A DNA stretch of 64,000 nt from Deltaproteobacteria bacterium (GTDB lineage: Bacteria > Myxococcota_A > Polyangia > Nannocystales > Nannocystaceae), in assembly GCA_016709225.1 (NCBI GenBank), contig JADJEE010000012.1, positions 2,115,630-2,179,629 of the forward strand, in the 5' to 3' direction. Shown piece by piece: positions 47,670-55,820 of this stretch (position 1 is the stretch's first letter; the number at the start of each line of letters is the position of its first letter). The notes below the pieces were generated by a model that worked only from the letters and a program-made list of their open reading frames with translations, ran no database searches and was not told the DNA's origin. A program made the translations under genes and the position numbers.

Positions 47670-48179
47670 TCAGAACGTGGGGTCGACCGAGCCGGGTCCG
47701 GGGTCGCTGCCCGGCGGCTTGGGGTCGGGGGTGTTGGTGGGGTCGAGCTGGCCCGAGCCGGGATCGGCCGGATTGGGCGGTGGATCGGCGCGGTGCCAGC
47801 CGCAGCCCCAGCACGGCCGACCATCGCTGCTGATGGTGCCGTCGCAGGTGCCGGTGCAGATGGCGTCGATCGGGCCGGCGCTCACCTGGCAAACGCTGCC
47901 ACCGCAGCCGCCGTCGCAGCGGCAGACGTACGTCGCCGCCTTGTCGATCGTCACGGTGGTGCCGCCCTTGTCGAGCTCGATCTCGTCGCCGAGCGACTCC
48001 AACCGCGATGGCGAGCTGATGCGCGCGTATTCGTCTTCGTAGGTCTGATACGCCGCGCCCGGATCGACGCACTCGAGCGCCTCCCCGCGGAACTCGTCTG
48101 CATCGCCGCGACTGCGTGCGACCGGATCGCAGCCGATCGCGAGCGCCAGCACCCCCCACGTCCATGGTCGTCGATTCAT
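47670..48179 (-). CDS. small Cys-rich secreted lipoprotein (paralog B)
   Basis: The N-terminus is MNRRPWTWGVLALAIGCD (lipobox). The core YVCRCDGGCGGSVC…ICTGTCDGTISSDGRPCWGCGWH aligns with paralog A. The tail is GQLDPTNTPDPKPPGSDPGPGSVDPTF. Confidence 0.6.
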   Translation of the reverse strand: MNRRPWTWGVLALAIGCDPVARSRGDADEFRGEALECVDPGAAYQTYEDEYARISSPSRLESLGDEIELDKGGTTVTIDKAATYVCRCDGGCGGSVCQVSAGPIDAICTGTCDGTISSDGRPCWGCGWHRADPPPNPADPGSGQLDPTNTPDPKPPGSDPGPGSVDPTF

Positions 48180-48276
48180 GCGCAGCTAGACCCGGCGGCG
48201 AGGATTTCGATCGTGCAAAGTGCCCGCGACCCGCGGGGCCGAGAGAACCTTTGCCGCCAGCCGCTGTCCTCGCTTC

Positions 48277-49371
48277 GTGCGTCTTCGCCTGGCCACCTCG
48301 ATGCTCCTGCTGCCGTGCTGCACGCCCGTCGTGGCCGCCCCCCGGTCGACCACCCCCGCGCAGACCACTCCCGCGCAGACCACTCCCGCGCAGACCGAGG
48401 CTGCTCCGATCGCGGCCGCCGACGACGACCCCGCGACGCCGCGCTGGTGCATCCCGAGCGCTCCACCGCCGACGCCACCCGGTCCGAGCGTCGCCCACTA
48501 CGATTGCCAGCGTCACGCCACCGCGGTGGTCCGCGCGGTCGATGCCCGACTGCGCAAGCTGTGGACTCCCGCGCGCTCGCCCAGCCGGCTCGAGATCCAT
48601 CGCACCTGCGATCCGCTCGCCGACACGATCACCCGCGTGGTGATCGAGAGTGGCTACGGCCACGGCTTCAGCCTGCACCTGTGGCAGCTCGAGCGCACCG
48701 ACGACCGCGACTGGGCGGTATCGCGGCTCGACTACCGCGGCGACAGTGCCGATGGCGTCGCGAGCGTCGGTCGCGTCGGCGCACGCGTGATCGATCCGCT
48801 CCTCGCGGCCTCGCGCGTCGCGTTGGTGTCCGACGCGTTCGAGGTCACGCTGCCGTCGGAGGGACTCAGCCTGACCGCGGCGATGGGCTCCGGCGACTTC
48901 CATCGCGTCGTGCGCCTCGAAGACGACGACGGCGACGTGCTCGAGCGCCGCTTCACCGGCTACCCCGGCAACGGCCTCGAGGAGGCGCCCGTGGTGGTCG
49001 CCAGCGACGCGCTGCTCGAGGTGCTCGAGGCGGTGCCGCTCGCCGAGCGCCCCGCCGAGCCAGTCGATCGCGGGTTCTTCGTCGAGCGCTACGCCGCCGC
49101 CGCGCCCCACTTCGACGACGAGTTCTTCTGGTGGGTCACCGAGCGCTACATCGTGATGGCGCGCTCGTTCGGGCAGGCCTCGCTGATCCCGAGCCTGGTC
49201 GAGCGCGCCACCAAGCCCGGCGAGCACTCGGTCGCGCGCGCGCGTGAGACCGCCGTCGCCGCGCTCGCGGCGGTGACGGGCCACGACCTGCGTGTCGGTG
49301 CCGACGGCAAGCCCCGCGCGCTCGAGCTCGCGGCGGCCGACTACGCCGCGGCATGCCTGCCGGTTCGCTAG
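48277..49371 (+). CDS. hypothetical exported protein with a (TTPAQ)x3 repeat
   Basis: A GTG at 48277 gives VRLRLATSMLLLPCCTPVVAAP (signal-like). Codon usage upstream of this, within the track ORF from 48220, is poor. A globular 300-aa domain has no recognised motif. Confidence 0.55.
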   Translation: MRLRLATSMLLLPCCTPVVAAPRSTTPAQTTPAQTTPAQTEAAPIAAADDDPATPRWCIPSAPPPTPPGPSVAHYDCQRHATAVVRAVDARLRKLWTPARSPSRLEIHRTCDPLADTITRVVIESGYGHGFSLHLWQLERTDDRDWAVSRLDYRGDSADGVASVGRVGARVIDPLLAASRVALVSDAFEVTLPSEGLSLTAAMGSGDFHRVVRLEDDDGDVLERRFTGYPGNGLEEAPVVVASDALLEVLEAVPLAERPAEPVDRGFFVERYAAAAPHFDDEFFWWVTERYIVMARSFGQASLIPSLVERATKPGEHSVARARETAVAALAAVTGHDLRVGADGKPRALELAAADYAAACLPVR

Positions 49372-49535
49372 TGACCCACCACAATCGCTGTGTCGAGGTA
49401 CTAGTCGGGCTGCACGCGCGTCGATGGTGCGCCGGGCGGCGTGTCGGCCAAGCCGTGGGCCATCGGCCAATCTGCTGACCACTCGGCTGCCGGGCTGGCA
49501 CCGCAGCACCATCCTCGTCTCGAAGGAGAGAGACG

Positions 49536-50264
49536 ATGACCATGGACATGCACGACGAGATCGCGATCGTCACCGGGGCGAGCCGCGGGCTCGGGCTGGC
49601 ACTGTCGCACGCGCTGGCACGACGCGGAGCGAAGGTCGCCATGCTCGCCCGCGACGAGGACGCGCTGGCACGGGCGGCGCGCGAGGTCGGCGAGTTCGGC
49701 GAGGTGCTGGCGATCGCCGCCGACATCGGTGATCCCACCCAGGCGCCGTCGATCGCCGCTCGCGTCGCGGCGCGCTTCGGGCCGGCGACCCTCGTGGTGC
49801 ACAACGCCAGCACGCTGGGCGCGGTGCCGCTGCAGCTGCTGGCCGACACCGACCCGCGGATGTTCGCCGCGACGATGGCGACCAATCTCATCGGCCCGTT
49901 CGCGCTGTCCCATGCCGTGGTCGGATCGATGGTGCTGCGCGGGCACGGCACGCTGGTGCACATCAGCTCCGACGCAGCGGTCGAGCCGTATCCGCGCTGG
50001 GGCGCCTATGCGGTGTCGAAGGCTGGCCTCGATCACCTCGCGCGCATCTGGGCCGCGGAGCTCGACGGCACCGGGGTGCGAGTGCTCGCGATCGACCCCG
50101 GCGAGATGGACACGCAGATGCACGCCGACGCGATCCCCGACGCCGACCGCGGCACGCTGGCACGCCCGAGCGACGTGGCCGCGCGCATCGTCGCACTGCT
50201 CGGCCGAAGCGAGCGCGCCTTGCCCGTGCGCTTGCAGGCCGCCGACATCGAGGTGACGACATGA
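49536..50264 (+). CDS. short-chain dehydrogenase/reductase (SDR family oxidoreductase)
   Basis: The cofactor-binding motif is TGASRGLGLALSHALARRG; the catalytic YxxxK is YAVSK; NAS is at the active site. A strong RBS, aaggagagagacg, precedes the ATG. Confidence 0.85.
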   Translation: MTMDMHDEIAIVTGASRGLGLALSHALARRGAKVAMLARDEDALARAAREVGEFGEVLAIAADIGDPTQAPSIAARVAARFGPATLVVHNASTLGAVPLQLLADTDPRMFAATMATNLIGPFALSHAVVGSMVLRGHGTLVHISSDAAVEPYPRWGAYAVSKAGLDHLARIWAAELDGTGVRVLAIDPGEMDTQMHADAIPDADRGTLARPSDVAARIVALLGRSERALPVRLQAADIEVTT

Positions 50265-51313
50265 AGGCCCGCGGTACCCCCGACAAGGGTGGCGACACCC
50301 AGCGCCTGCTGGCGATCGACAGCGCCAGCGGCGAGGTCTTCGAACGCACCGTGGGCGAGCTGCCGCAGCTGCTGCGCGCCGGCGATCTGGTGGTGCTCAA
50401 CGATGCCGCGACGATGCCGGCCTCGCTGCAAGCTCGGGCCAACGGTGCCGCGATCGAGCTGCGCCTGGCGGGCCCGCCCGAGCAGGGTCGCTGGCTCGCG
50501 GTGCTGTTCGGCGACGGCAGCTGGCGCGTCGACACCGACGCCCGACCGGCACCGCCGCGGCTGGAGCTGGGCGCACGCATCGAGCTCGACGGGCGCGTGC
50601 AGGCCCACGTGGTCGCGGTCGATCCCACGTCGACGCGGCTGGTGTGGCTGGCGTTCGACGTGCCGGAGGCAGCGGTCTGGTCGCTGCTGTATCGACGGGG
50701 TCAACCCGTGCAGTACTCGTACCTGGCGCACGCGCTCGCGCTGTCCGACGTGCAGACCAGCTATGCCGGGCGACCGTGGTCGGTCGAGATGCCGTCGGCC
50801 GGTCGACCGCTGACGATCGCCACACTGTTGGCGCTGCGACGTCGTGGCATCGAGGTCGCGATGCTCACCCACGCCGCAGGGCTGTCGGCGACGGGTGATC
50901 CCGCGCTCGACGCCCGGTTGCCGCTGCCCGAGCGCTACGACCTGCCGGCGAGCACCGTCGTTGCGGTCGCGGCCGCGCGGGCACGGGGCGGCCGCGTCGT
51001 CGCGGTCGGGACCTCGGTCGTGCGCGCGCTCGAGGGCAGCGCGGCGCAGCACGGCGGCGTGCTGCGGGCCGGCTCGGGGCTCACCGATCTGCGGATCTCG
51101 CCGACGTTCACCCGTCGCGTCGTCGACGGCGTGCTCTCGGGCGTGCACGAGCCTGGCAGCAGCCACCACGCGCTGCTCGGAGCGTTCGCGGATGCATCGC
51201 TGCTGGAGCACGCCCACGCGTGGGCGCTCGCCCACGACCTGCAGGTGCACGAGTTCGGCGACTCGACGCTGGTGCTGCCCGGCCTCGCCCACCGCGATCG
51301 GCTCGCGGCCTGA
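50261..51313 (+). CDS. divergent QueA-like protein (S-adenosylmethionine:tRNA ribosyltransferase-isomerase family)
   Basis: The segments DLVVLNDAATMPASLQ, RVVAVGTSVVRALEGSAA and HEPGSSHHALLGAF align with QueA blocks (DLLVFNNTRVIPARL, RVIAVGTTSVRSLESAA, HLPESTLIMLVSAF). Length is 350 aa. The ATG overlaps the SDR stop (ATGA). Confidence 0.7.
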   Translation: MKARGTPDKGGDTQRLLAIDSASGEVFERTVGELPQLLRAGDLVVLNDAATMPASLQARANGAAIELRLAGPPEQGRWLAVLFGDGSWRVDTDARPAPPRLELGARIELDGRVQAHVVAVDPTSTRLVWLAFDVPEAAVWSLLYRRGQPVQYSYLAHALALSDVQTSYAGRPWSVEMPSAGRPLTIATLLALRRRGIEVAMLTHAAGLSATGDPALDARLPLPERYDLPASTVVAVAAARARGGRVVAVGTSVVRALEGSAAQHGGVLRAGSGLTDLRISPTFTRRVVDGVLSGVHEPGSSHHALLGAFADASLLEHAHAWALAHDLQVHEFGDSTLVLPGLAHRDRLAA

Positions 51314-51315
51314 CG

Positions 51316-52635
51316 TCACTGCACGTCGAGCGTGTACATGCCACCGGCGGCCGCGGTGACGAACACGAACGCATCGTCCTGCGCGCCGACCTCGAGCGAA
51401 GCACCGCCGACCGGATCGACCACCGTGATGGTGTCGGTGATCGTGAACGCGCGCGCGCCGATGCCCGCGCCCGTGGCGGTGATCGTCAGCGGGCCGGGAC
51501 CGATGAGGCGGTACACGTCGAAGCCACCGGGGTACACCGCGCCCGTGGCCCCGTCGCCCGCCACGAGATCGCCCTCGCGCGCGACCTCGCCGACGTCGAA
51601 GGTCTCGAAGCCGTAGCCGAGCTCGGGGCGGTCGGCGATCATCGCGACACCCATGTCGAGGAACACCGTGAAGGCATCATCGTCACCGACACTGGCGAGC
51701 GCGGCGTCGAGGCCGGCCCAGTCGTTGGCTGCCTCGGCCGTGATCGCGGTCATCAAGGGCGCGCCGCCGCGCTCGTAGAGATACGTGCCCCACAGCAGCC
51801 CCGCGCCATAGTTGAAGGTGCCGAAGTCGACGCCACCGGGGCCCCAGTCCTGGTCGGGGTCGAGGCGGAAGTCGTCGAGCCACTCGTCGTCGGTGAAGAA
51901 GCCGTTGGCGCTCATCGCCGCCTCGGCCATGCTCTCGTCGATCCACGCCACCTCGTCGGCGTCGTAGCCGCGATGGATGATGTGGTAGCTCTCGTGCGCT
52001 GCGATCGACAGCGCGTCGTCGCCGTCGAGCGGCGTGAGCACGGTACCGTCGAGGTGCAGCTGGGCATAGTCGCACCAGCTGCACAGGTAGCCATCACCCC
52101 CGCCGTTGGTGTCGACCACGAAGATCGCGACCTTGCCCCCGGGCAGGCCCGCGGCATCGAGCGAGCCGAACACCGCCTCGTCGTTCACGATCACGCCCCT
52201 CTCCGGATCGATCGATCCCGCGGGCGTGAAGAGCTCGTAGCGATGCATGAAGCCGGCGACGTCACTCTGATCGATGCCCTGCTCCCAGAGGTCGTCGGCG
52301 ACGATCAGGAAGGTGCGCTCGCCCTCGGCGCGGCAGGTACCGCTGACCGACGAGATCTGGTGGGTCTGCCCATCGTAGACCTGCGTCGAGGCCGGCATGC
52401 CGTAGCACGGCGAGTCGGTGTAGTCGGGCAGTCCGCCGGTGGTCGTGCCGCCGCTCGAGTCGGCCGCACCACCGGACGATCCGCCCGAGCTGCTACCGGT
52501 GCTGCCGTCGTGGCCGCCACTCGACGACTCGCCCGTCGTCGGGCCCGAGCTGCCGCTGCCGACGTCACCCCCACCTCCGGTGTCCGCGCACGCGAACAGC
52601 AGCATCGACACCGGCACGCCCATCATCCGTCGCAT
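51316..52635 (-). CDS. secreted lipoprotein with an HExxH motif (putative zinc metallopeptidase-like)
   Basis: The N-terminus is MRRMMGVPVSMLLFACAD (lipobox), followed by a Gly/Ser linker. HESYHIIH is a candidate zinc site. It has no other family match I can name. Confidence 0.6.
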   Translation of the reverse strand: MRRMMGVPVSMLLFACADTGGGGDVGSGSSGPTTGESSSGGHDGSTGSSSGGSSGGAADSSGGTTTGGLPDYTDSPCYGMPASTQVYDGQTHQISSVSGTCRAEGERTFLIVADDLWEQGIDQSDVAGFMHRYELFTPAGSIDPERGVIVNDEAVFGSLDAAGLPGGKVAIFVVDTNGGGDGYLCSWCDYAQLHLDGTVLTPLDGDDALSIAAHESYHIIHRGYDADEVAWIDESMAEAAMSANGFFTDDEWLDDFRLDPDQDWGPGGVDFGTFNYGAGLLWGTYLYERGGAPLMTAITAEAANDWAGLDAALASVGDDDAFTVFLDMGVAMIADRPELGYGFETFDVGEVAREGDLVAGDGATGAVYPGGFDVYRLIGPGPLTITATGAGIGARAFTITDTITVVDPVGGASLEVGAQDDAFVFVTAAAGGMYTLDVQ

Positions 52636-52755
52636 GCCGCGAAGCCTACGCCGATCGCCCGTGCCTGCGCGATCGGATTGCTCCGCGCGTGCCAGGGGGC
52701 TAGCGTTACGACGCGAACGACCTCGCGCGCGGGCGCGAAGTCACATGTCTCCGAG

Positions 52756-53334
52756 ATGGCGCGCGCGCGACAGTTCGACGTCGAGATCGCGACCGATGCA
52801 GCGGTCGAGCTGTTCTGGGACCGCGGCTATACGGCGTGCTCGGTCCGCGATCTGTGCGAGGCGATGGCGCTGCAGCCCGGCAGCTTCTACGCGGCCTTCG
52901 GCAGCAAGCAGGCCTGCTTTCGTCGTGCACTCGAGCGCTACCTCGCACGGGAGGCCGAGCGCAACGGACTGCTGCGAGGCCCCGGGCCCGAGGCCATCCG
53001 CGCGTGGCTCGACACCATCGCGTCGCCGCGCCGACGCCACCGCGGCTGCCTGCTGGTGAACACCGCCGTCGAGGGGCCCCACCTCGACGCACCGACCCGC
53101 GCGTTCGTGGCCGCGCGCATGGCCGCGATGGAGCACTTCTTCACCGCGTGTCTGGGCGGCGGCCCCGACGCCCACCGCGGCGCGGCCCTGGTGTCGAGCA
53201 CGGTGATCGCGATCCACGTGCTGGCCCGCGCCGGCACCACCGCCCCCCACCTGCGCAGCCTCGCCGACCAGACCCTCGGCACGCTGCAGCTGCCGCTGCT
53301 CGGCGGTTCGCGACGCTCGGCCCGGCGGGCTTGA
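52756..53334 (+). CDS. TetR family transcriptional regulator
   Basis: The N-terminal HTH is AVELFWDRGYTACSVRDLCEAMALQPGSFYAAFGSKQACF. The ATG at 52756 is in frame with the junk track ORF 51220..53334. Confidence 0.75.
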   Translation: MARARQFDVEIATDAAVELFWDRGYTACSVRDLCEAMALQPGSFYAAFGSKQACFRRALERYLAREAERNGLLRGPGPEAIRAWLDTIASPRRRHRGCLLVNTAVEGPHLDAPTRAFVAARMAAMEHFFTACLGGGPDAHRGAALVSSTVIAIHVLARAGTTAPHLRSLADQTLGTLQLPLLGGSRRSARRA

Positions 53335-53364
53335 CGATTCTTGAGCGATCGCTCAAGAATCGTC
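53333..53364. promoter_or_regulatory. perfect 32-bp palindrome gacgattcttgagcgatcgctcaagaatcgtc (putative TetR operator)
   Basis: The two halves are exact reverse complements. It overlaps the TetR stop codon and lies just before the DUF1304 gene start (53369). It is lower in GC than its surroundings. Confidence 0.5.
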
Positions 53365-53368
53365 GCCG

Positions 53369-53710
53369 ATGGCCGCCACCGTGATGACCCTGCTGGTCGC
53401 GTTCCTCCACATCGTCTTCATGGTGTTCGAGACGTTCCTGTGGACGACGCCCGGCGTGCGACGCCGCTTCGGCCAGAGCGCAGAACAAGCCGAGGCCACC
53501 CGCGTGCTCGCGGCCAACCAGGGCGTGTACAACGGCGCGCTCGCAGGCGCGCTGGTGTGGGCCACCACCGCCGGCGACGTGCCGGCGACCCGCGTGCTGC
53601 TCGGCTTCGTGATCGTGGTCGGGCTGTACGGCGGCTTCACGGCCAAGCGCAGCATCTTGGTGCTGCAGGCGCTGCCGGCCGCGATCGCGCTGGCGCTGAC
53701 GCTGGTCTGA
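53369..53710 (+). CDS. DUF1304 family small membrane protein
   Basis: 113 aa with four hydrophobic segments (MAATVMTLLVAFLHIVFMVFETFLW…). A TetR-DUF1304 pairing is a recurrent arrangement. Confidence 0.7.
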   Translation: MAATVMTLLVAFLHIVFMVFETFLWTTPGVRRRFGQSAEQAEATRVLAANQGVYNGALAGALVWATTAGDVPATRVLLGFVIVVGLYGGFTAKRSILVLQALPAAIALALTLV

Positions 53711-53798
53711 CGAGCGCAGCCGCGAGCCTGCTCGCGACGGCCCAAATCGGTCCGCGGCTTGCCGCCCATGGCCACCGCGTTATCTCTCGATCGCGGCC

Positions 53799-55820
53799 AT
53801 GGCATCACTCGTCCAGCTCCAGCGCCGCCCCGGCGATTCCCCCGCGTCGTCACGTCCGGCCAAGGTGCTGCTCGTCTCGCCGCGCTACAGCTCGTCGTAC
53901 TTCCCGATTGGCTTGGCCTACGTCTCTTCGTACATCCGCCAGTGCGGACACGAGGTCGTGGCGTGCAACCTCAACCACCACGATCACGACGCAGGTCGGG
54001 CCGAGCTGGCCCGGCTGCTGCGCGAGCACGCATTCGACGCCATCGGCATCACCGGGCTCACCGTCGCGTTCAACGCGATCGAGTCGTTGATCGAGTTCCT
54101 GCGCCCCCGCTGCGCTGCGCCCATCGTGCTGGGCGGCGGCATCACCTCGTGCGAGAGCGAGCTGGTGATGCGGACGCTGCGACCGGACTACATGGTCGTG
54201 AGCGAGGGTGAGCTGATCTTCCGCGATCTGCTGGCCGTGATCACCGCTGCGGGCGACCCCGCGAGCGTCGCCGGCATCTGGTACTGGGACGGCGAGACCC
54301 CCCGCGCGACCGGTGACGGGCCCTCGATCGCCAACCTCGACGAGCTGCCGTTCCCCGACCTCGAGCTCTTCGGCATCGCGCGCGAGATGGAGCTGCAGTC
54401 GACGATGCAGGTCACGTATCACGAGACCCGCTTTCACGCCGGCAAGACCGTGCCCATCACCGCCAGCCGCTCGTGCCCGTTTCGCTGCACGTTCTGCTAC
54501 CACGCCGGCATGGGCAAGTACCGGCGACACTCGATGGAGAACGTCGTCGATCACATCGAGTCGATCCTCGCCCGTACCGACGCCACCCACATCTCGATCT
54601 ACGACGAGCTGTTCTCGGCCAACAAGAAGCGCATCGTCGAGTTCTGCGACCTCCTCGAGCAGCGCGGCATCCAGGTCTCGTGGTTCTGCCAGCTGCGCGT
54701 CGATCAGCTCGACCAGGATCTGCTCCACCGCATGCGCAGGGCCGGCTGCCGGCACATCTCGTTCGGCTTCGAGAGCGGCAGCGATACCGTGCTCGACAGC
54801 ATGGACAAGAAGATCACCGCCGCGCAGATCGCCCGCGCGGTGGAGCTCACGCGCAACGCGAAGATCGGCATCCAGGCCAACTTTCTGTTCGGCGACCCGG
54901 CCGAGACCGAGCAGACGCTGCAGGAGTCGCTGGCGTTCCAGCGCGAGCACGACCTCATGTTCGTCGACTGGTCGGCGGTGATCCCCTACCCCGGCACGCG
55001 GCTATACGCCCGCGCGCTGGAGCGGGGGCTGATCGGCGATCGCGTCGAGTTCATCCGCAGCATGTGCGACATCTCGAGCTACCTGTGGCGCGGGCAGGTC
55101 AACCTCACCGAGCTATCCGACGAGCGCTTCCTCGAGCACTACGTCGCGCTGCGCGAGCTGAACGACCGCAACCACCGCACGCGACCGGCGATCGTCCGCC
55201 ACGGCCGTGCGACCGGCCCCCAGCACTCGTGCATCACCGTCGAGTGCCCCAGCTGCAACCACGCCGAGACGCTCGAGCTGCCGTATCCGCCGGGGCCCGG
55301 CGACACGCCGATCTCGACGCGGGCGATCGTCGGCGTGCAGGGCTACAACATCGTGTGCGATGCGTGCAATCGCAAGATGCACCTCGCGGCGCGACGCATC
55401 CCCCACGTCGCGTCGTTCTACGCCGACTTCCAGGCCGCGCTCGATCGCTGCAAGGCCGCAAGCACGCCGGTGGTGATCGTGCCGGCGATGGACCGCTACT
55501 TCGGCGTGTTCGCGCAGGATGTGGATCTCGAGGGGCTCGACGTGGTGGCCGCGCTCGACTGGCGCGCGCACCGGGCCGGCGCCGCCTTCATGGGCGTCAC
55601 CGTCGAGAGCCTCGACCACGCGCATGTGCAGCGTCACCGTGACGCCACCTTCGTGGTGCTGCCGTGGGTCGAGTCGGACGATGCGGTCGCGCTGCTGCGC
55701 GCCGCCGGCGTACAGGATGACGCGATCCTTTGTTGGACCGATCGCTTCGCCACGCACACCCGGCCGCAGCCACGCCTGCTGGCGCGCGCTTCTGGGGCTC
55801 GCGCGGCCAGCGGGTGCTAA
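53799..55820 (+). CDS. B12-binding-domain radical SAM enzyme with a roughly 250-aa C-terminal extension containing a CxxC…CxxC zinc-ribbon
   Basis: The N-terminal cobalamin-binding Rossmann-like region is VLLVSPRYSSSYFPIGLAYVSSYIRQCGHEVVACNL. The radical SAM cluster motif is SRSCPFRCTFCYH (CxxxCxxC). The C-terminal CITVECPSCNH…YNIVCDACNRKMH is a zinc-ribbon. Confidence 0.85.
   Translation: MASLVQLQRRPGDSPASSRPAKVLLVSPRYSSSYFPIGLAYVSSYIRQCGHEVVACNLNHHDHDAGRAELARLLREHAFDAIGITGLTVAFNAIESLIEFLRPRCAAPIVLGGGITSCESELVMRTLRPDYMVVSEGELIFRDLLAVITAAGDPASVAGIWYWDGETPRATGDGPSIANLDELPFPDLELFGIAREMELQSTMQVTYHETRFHAGKTVPITASRSCPFRCTFCYHAGMGKYRRHSMENVVDHIESILARTDATHISIYDELFSANKKRIVEFCDLLEQRGIQVSWFCQLRVDQLDQDLLHRMRRAGCRHISFGFESGSDTVLDSMDKKITAAQIARAVELTRNAKIGIQANFLFGDPAETEQTLQESLAFQREHDLMFVDWSAVIPYPGTRLYARALERGLIGDRVEFIRSMCDISSYLWRGQVNLTELSDERFLEHYVALRELNDRNHRTRPAIVRHGRATGPQHSCITVECPSCNHAETLELPYPPGPGDTPISTRAIVGVQGYNIVCDACNRKMHLAARRIPHVASFYADFQAALDRCKAASTPVVIVPAMDRYFGVFAQDVDLEGLDVVAALDWRAHRAGAAFMGVTVESLDHAHVQRHRDATFVVLPWVESDDAVALLRAAGVQDDAILCWTDRFATHTRPQPRLLARASGARAASGC

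Noticed and set aside
47395-49512. 705-aa minus-strand ORF
   Set aside because: It is antisense to the exported hypothetical and the Cys-rich lipoprotein paralogs and has an Arg-rich composition.
51220-52755. First 512 codons of plus-strand ORF 51220..53334
   Set aside because: It is antisense to the HExxH lipoprotein. Only the TetR gene from the ATG at 52756 is retained.
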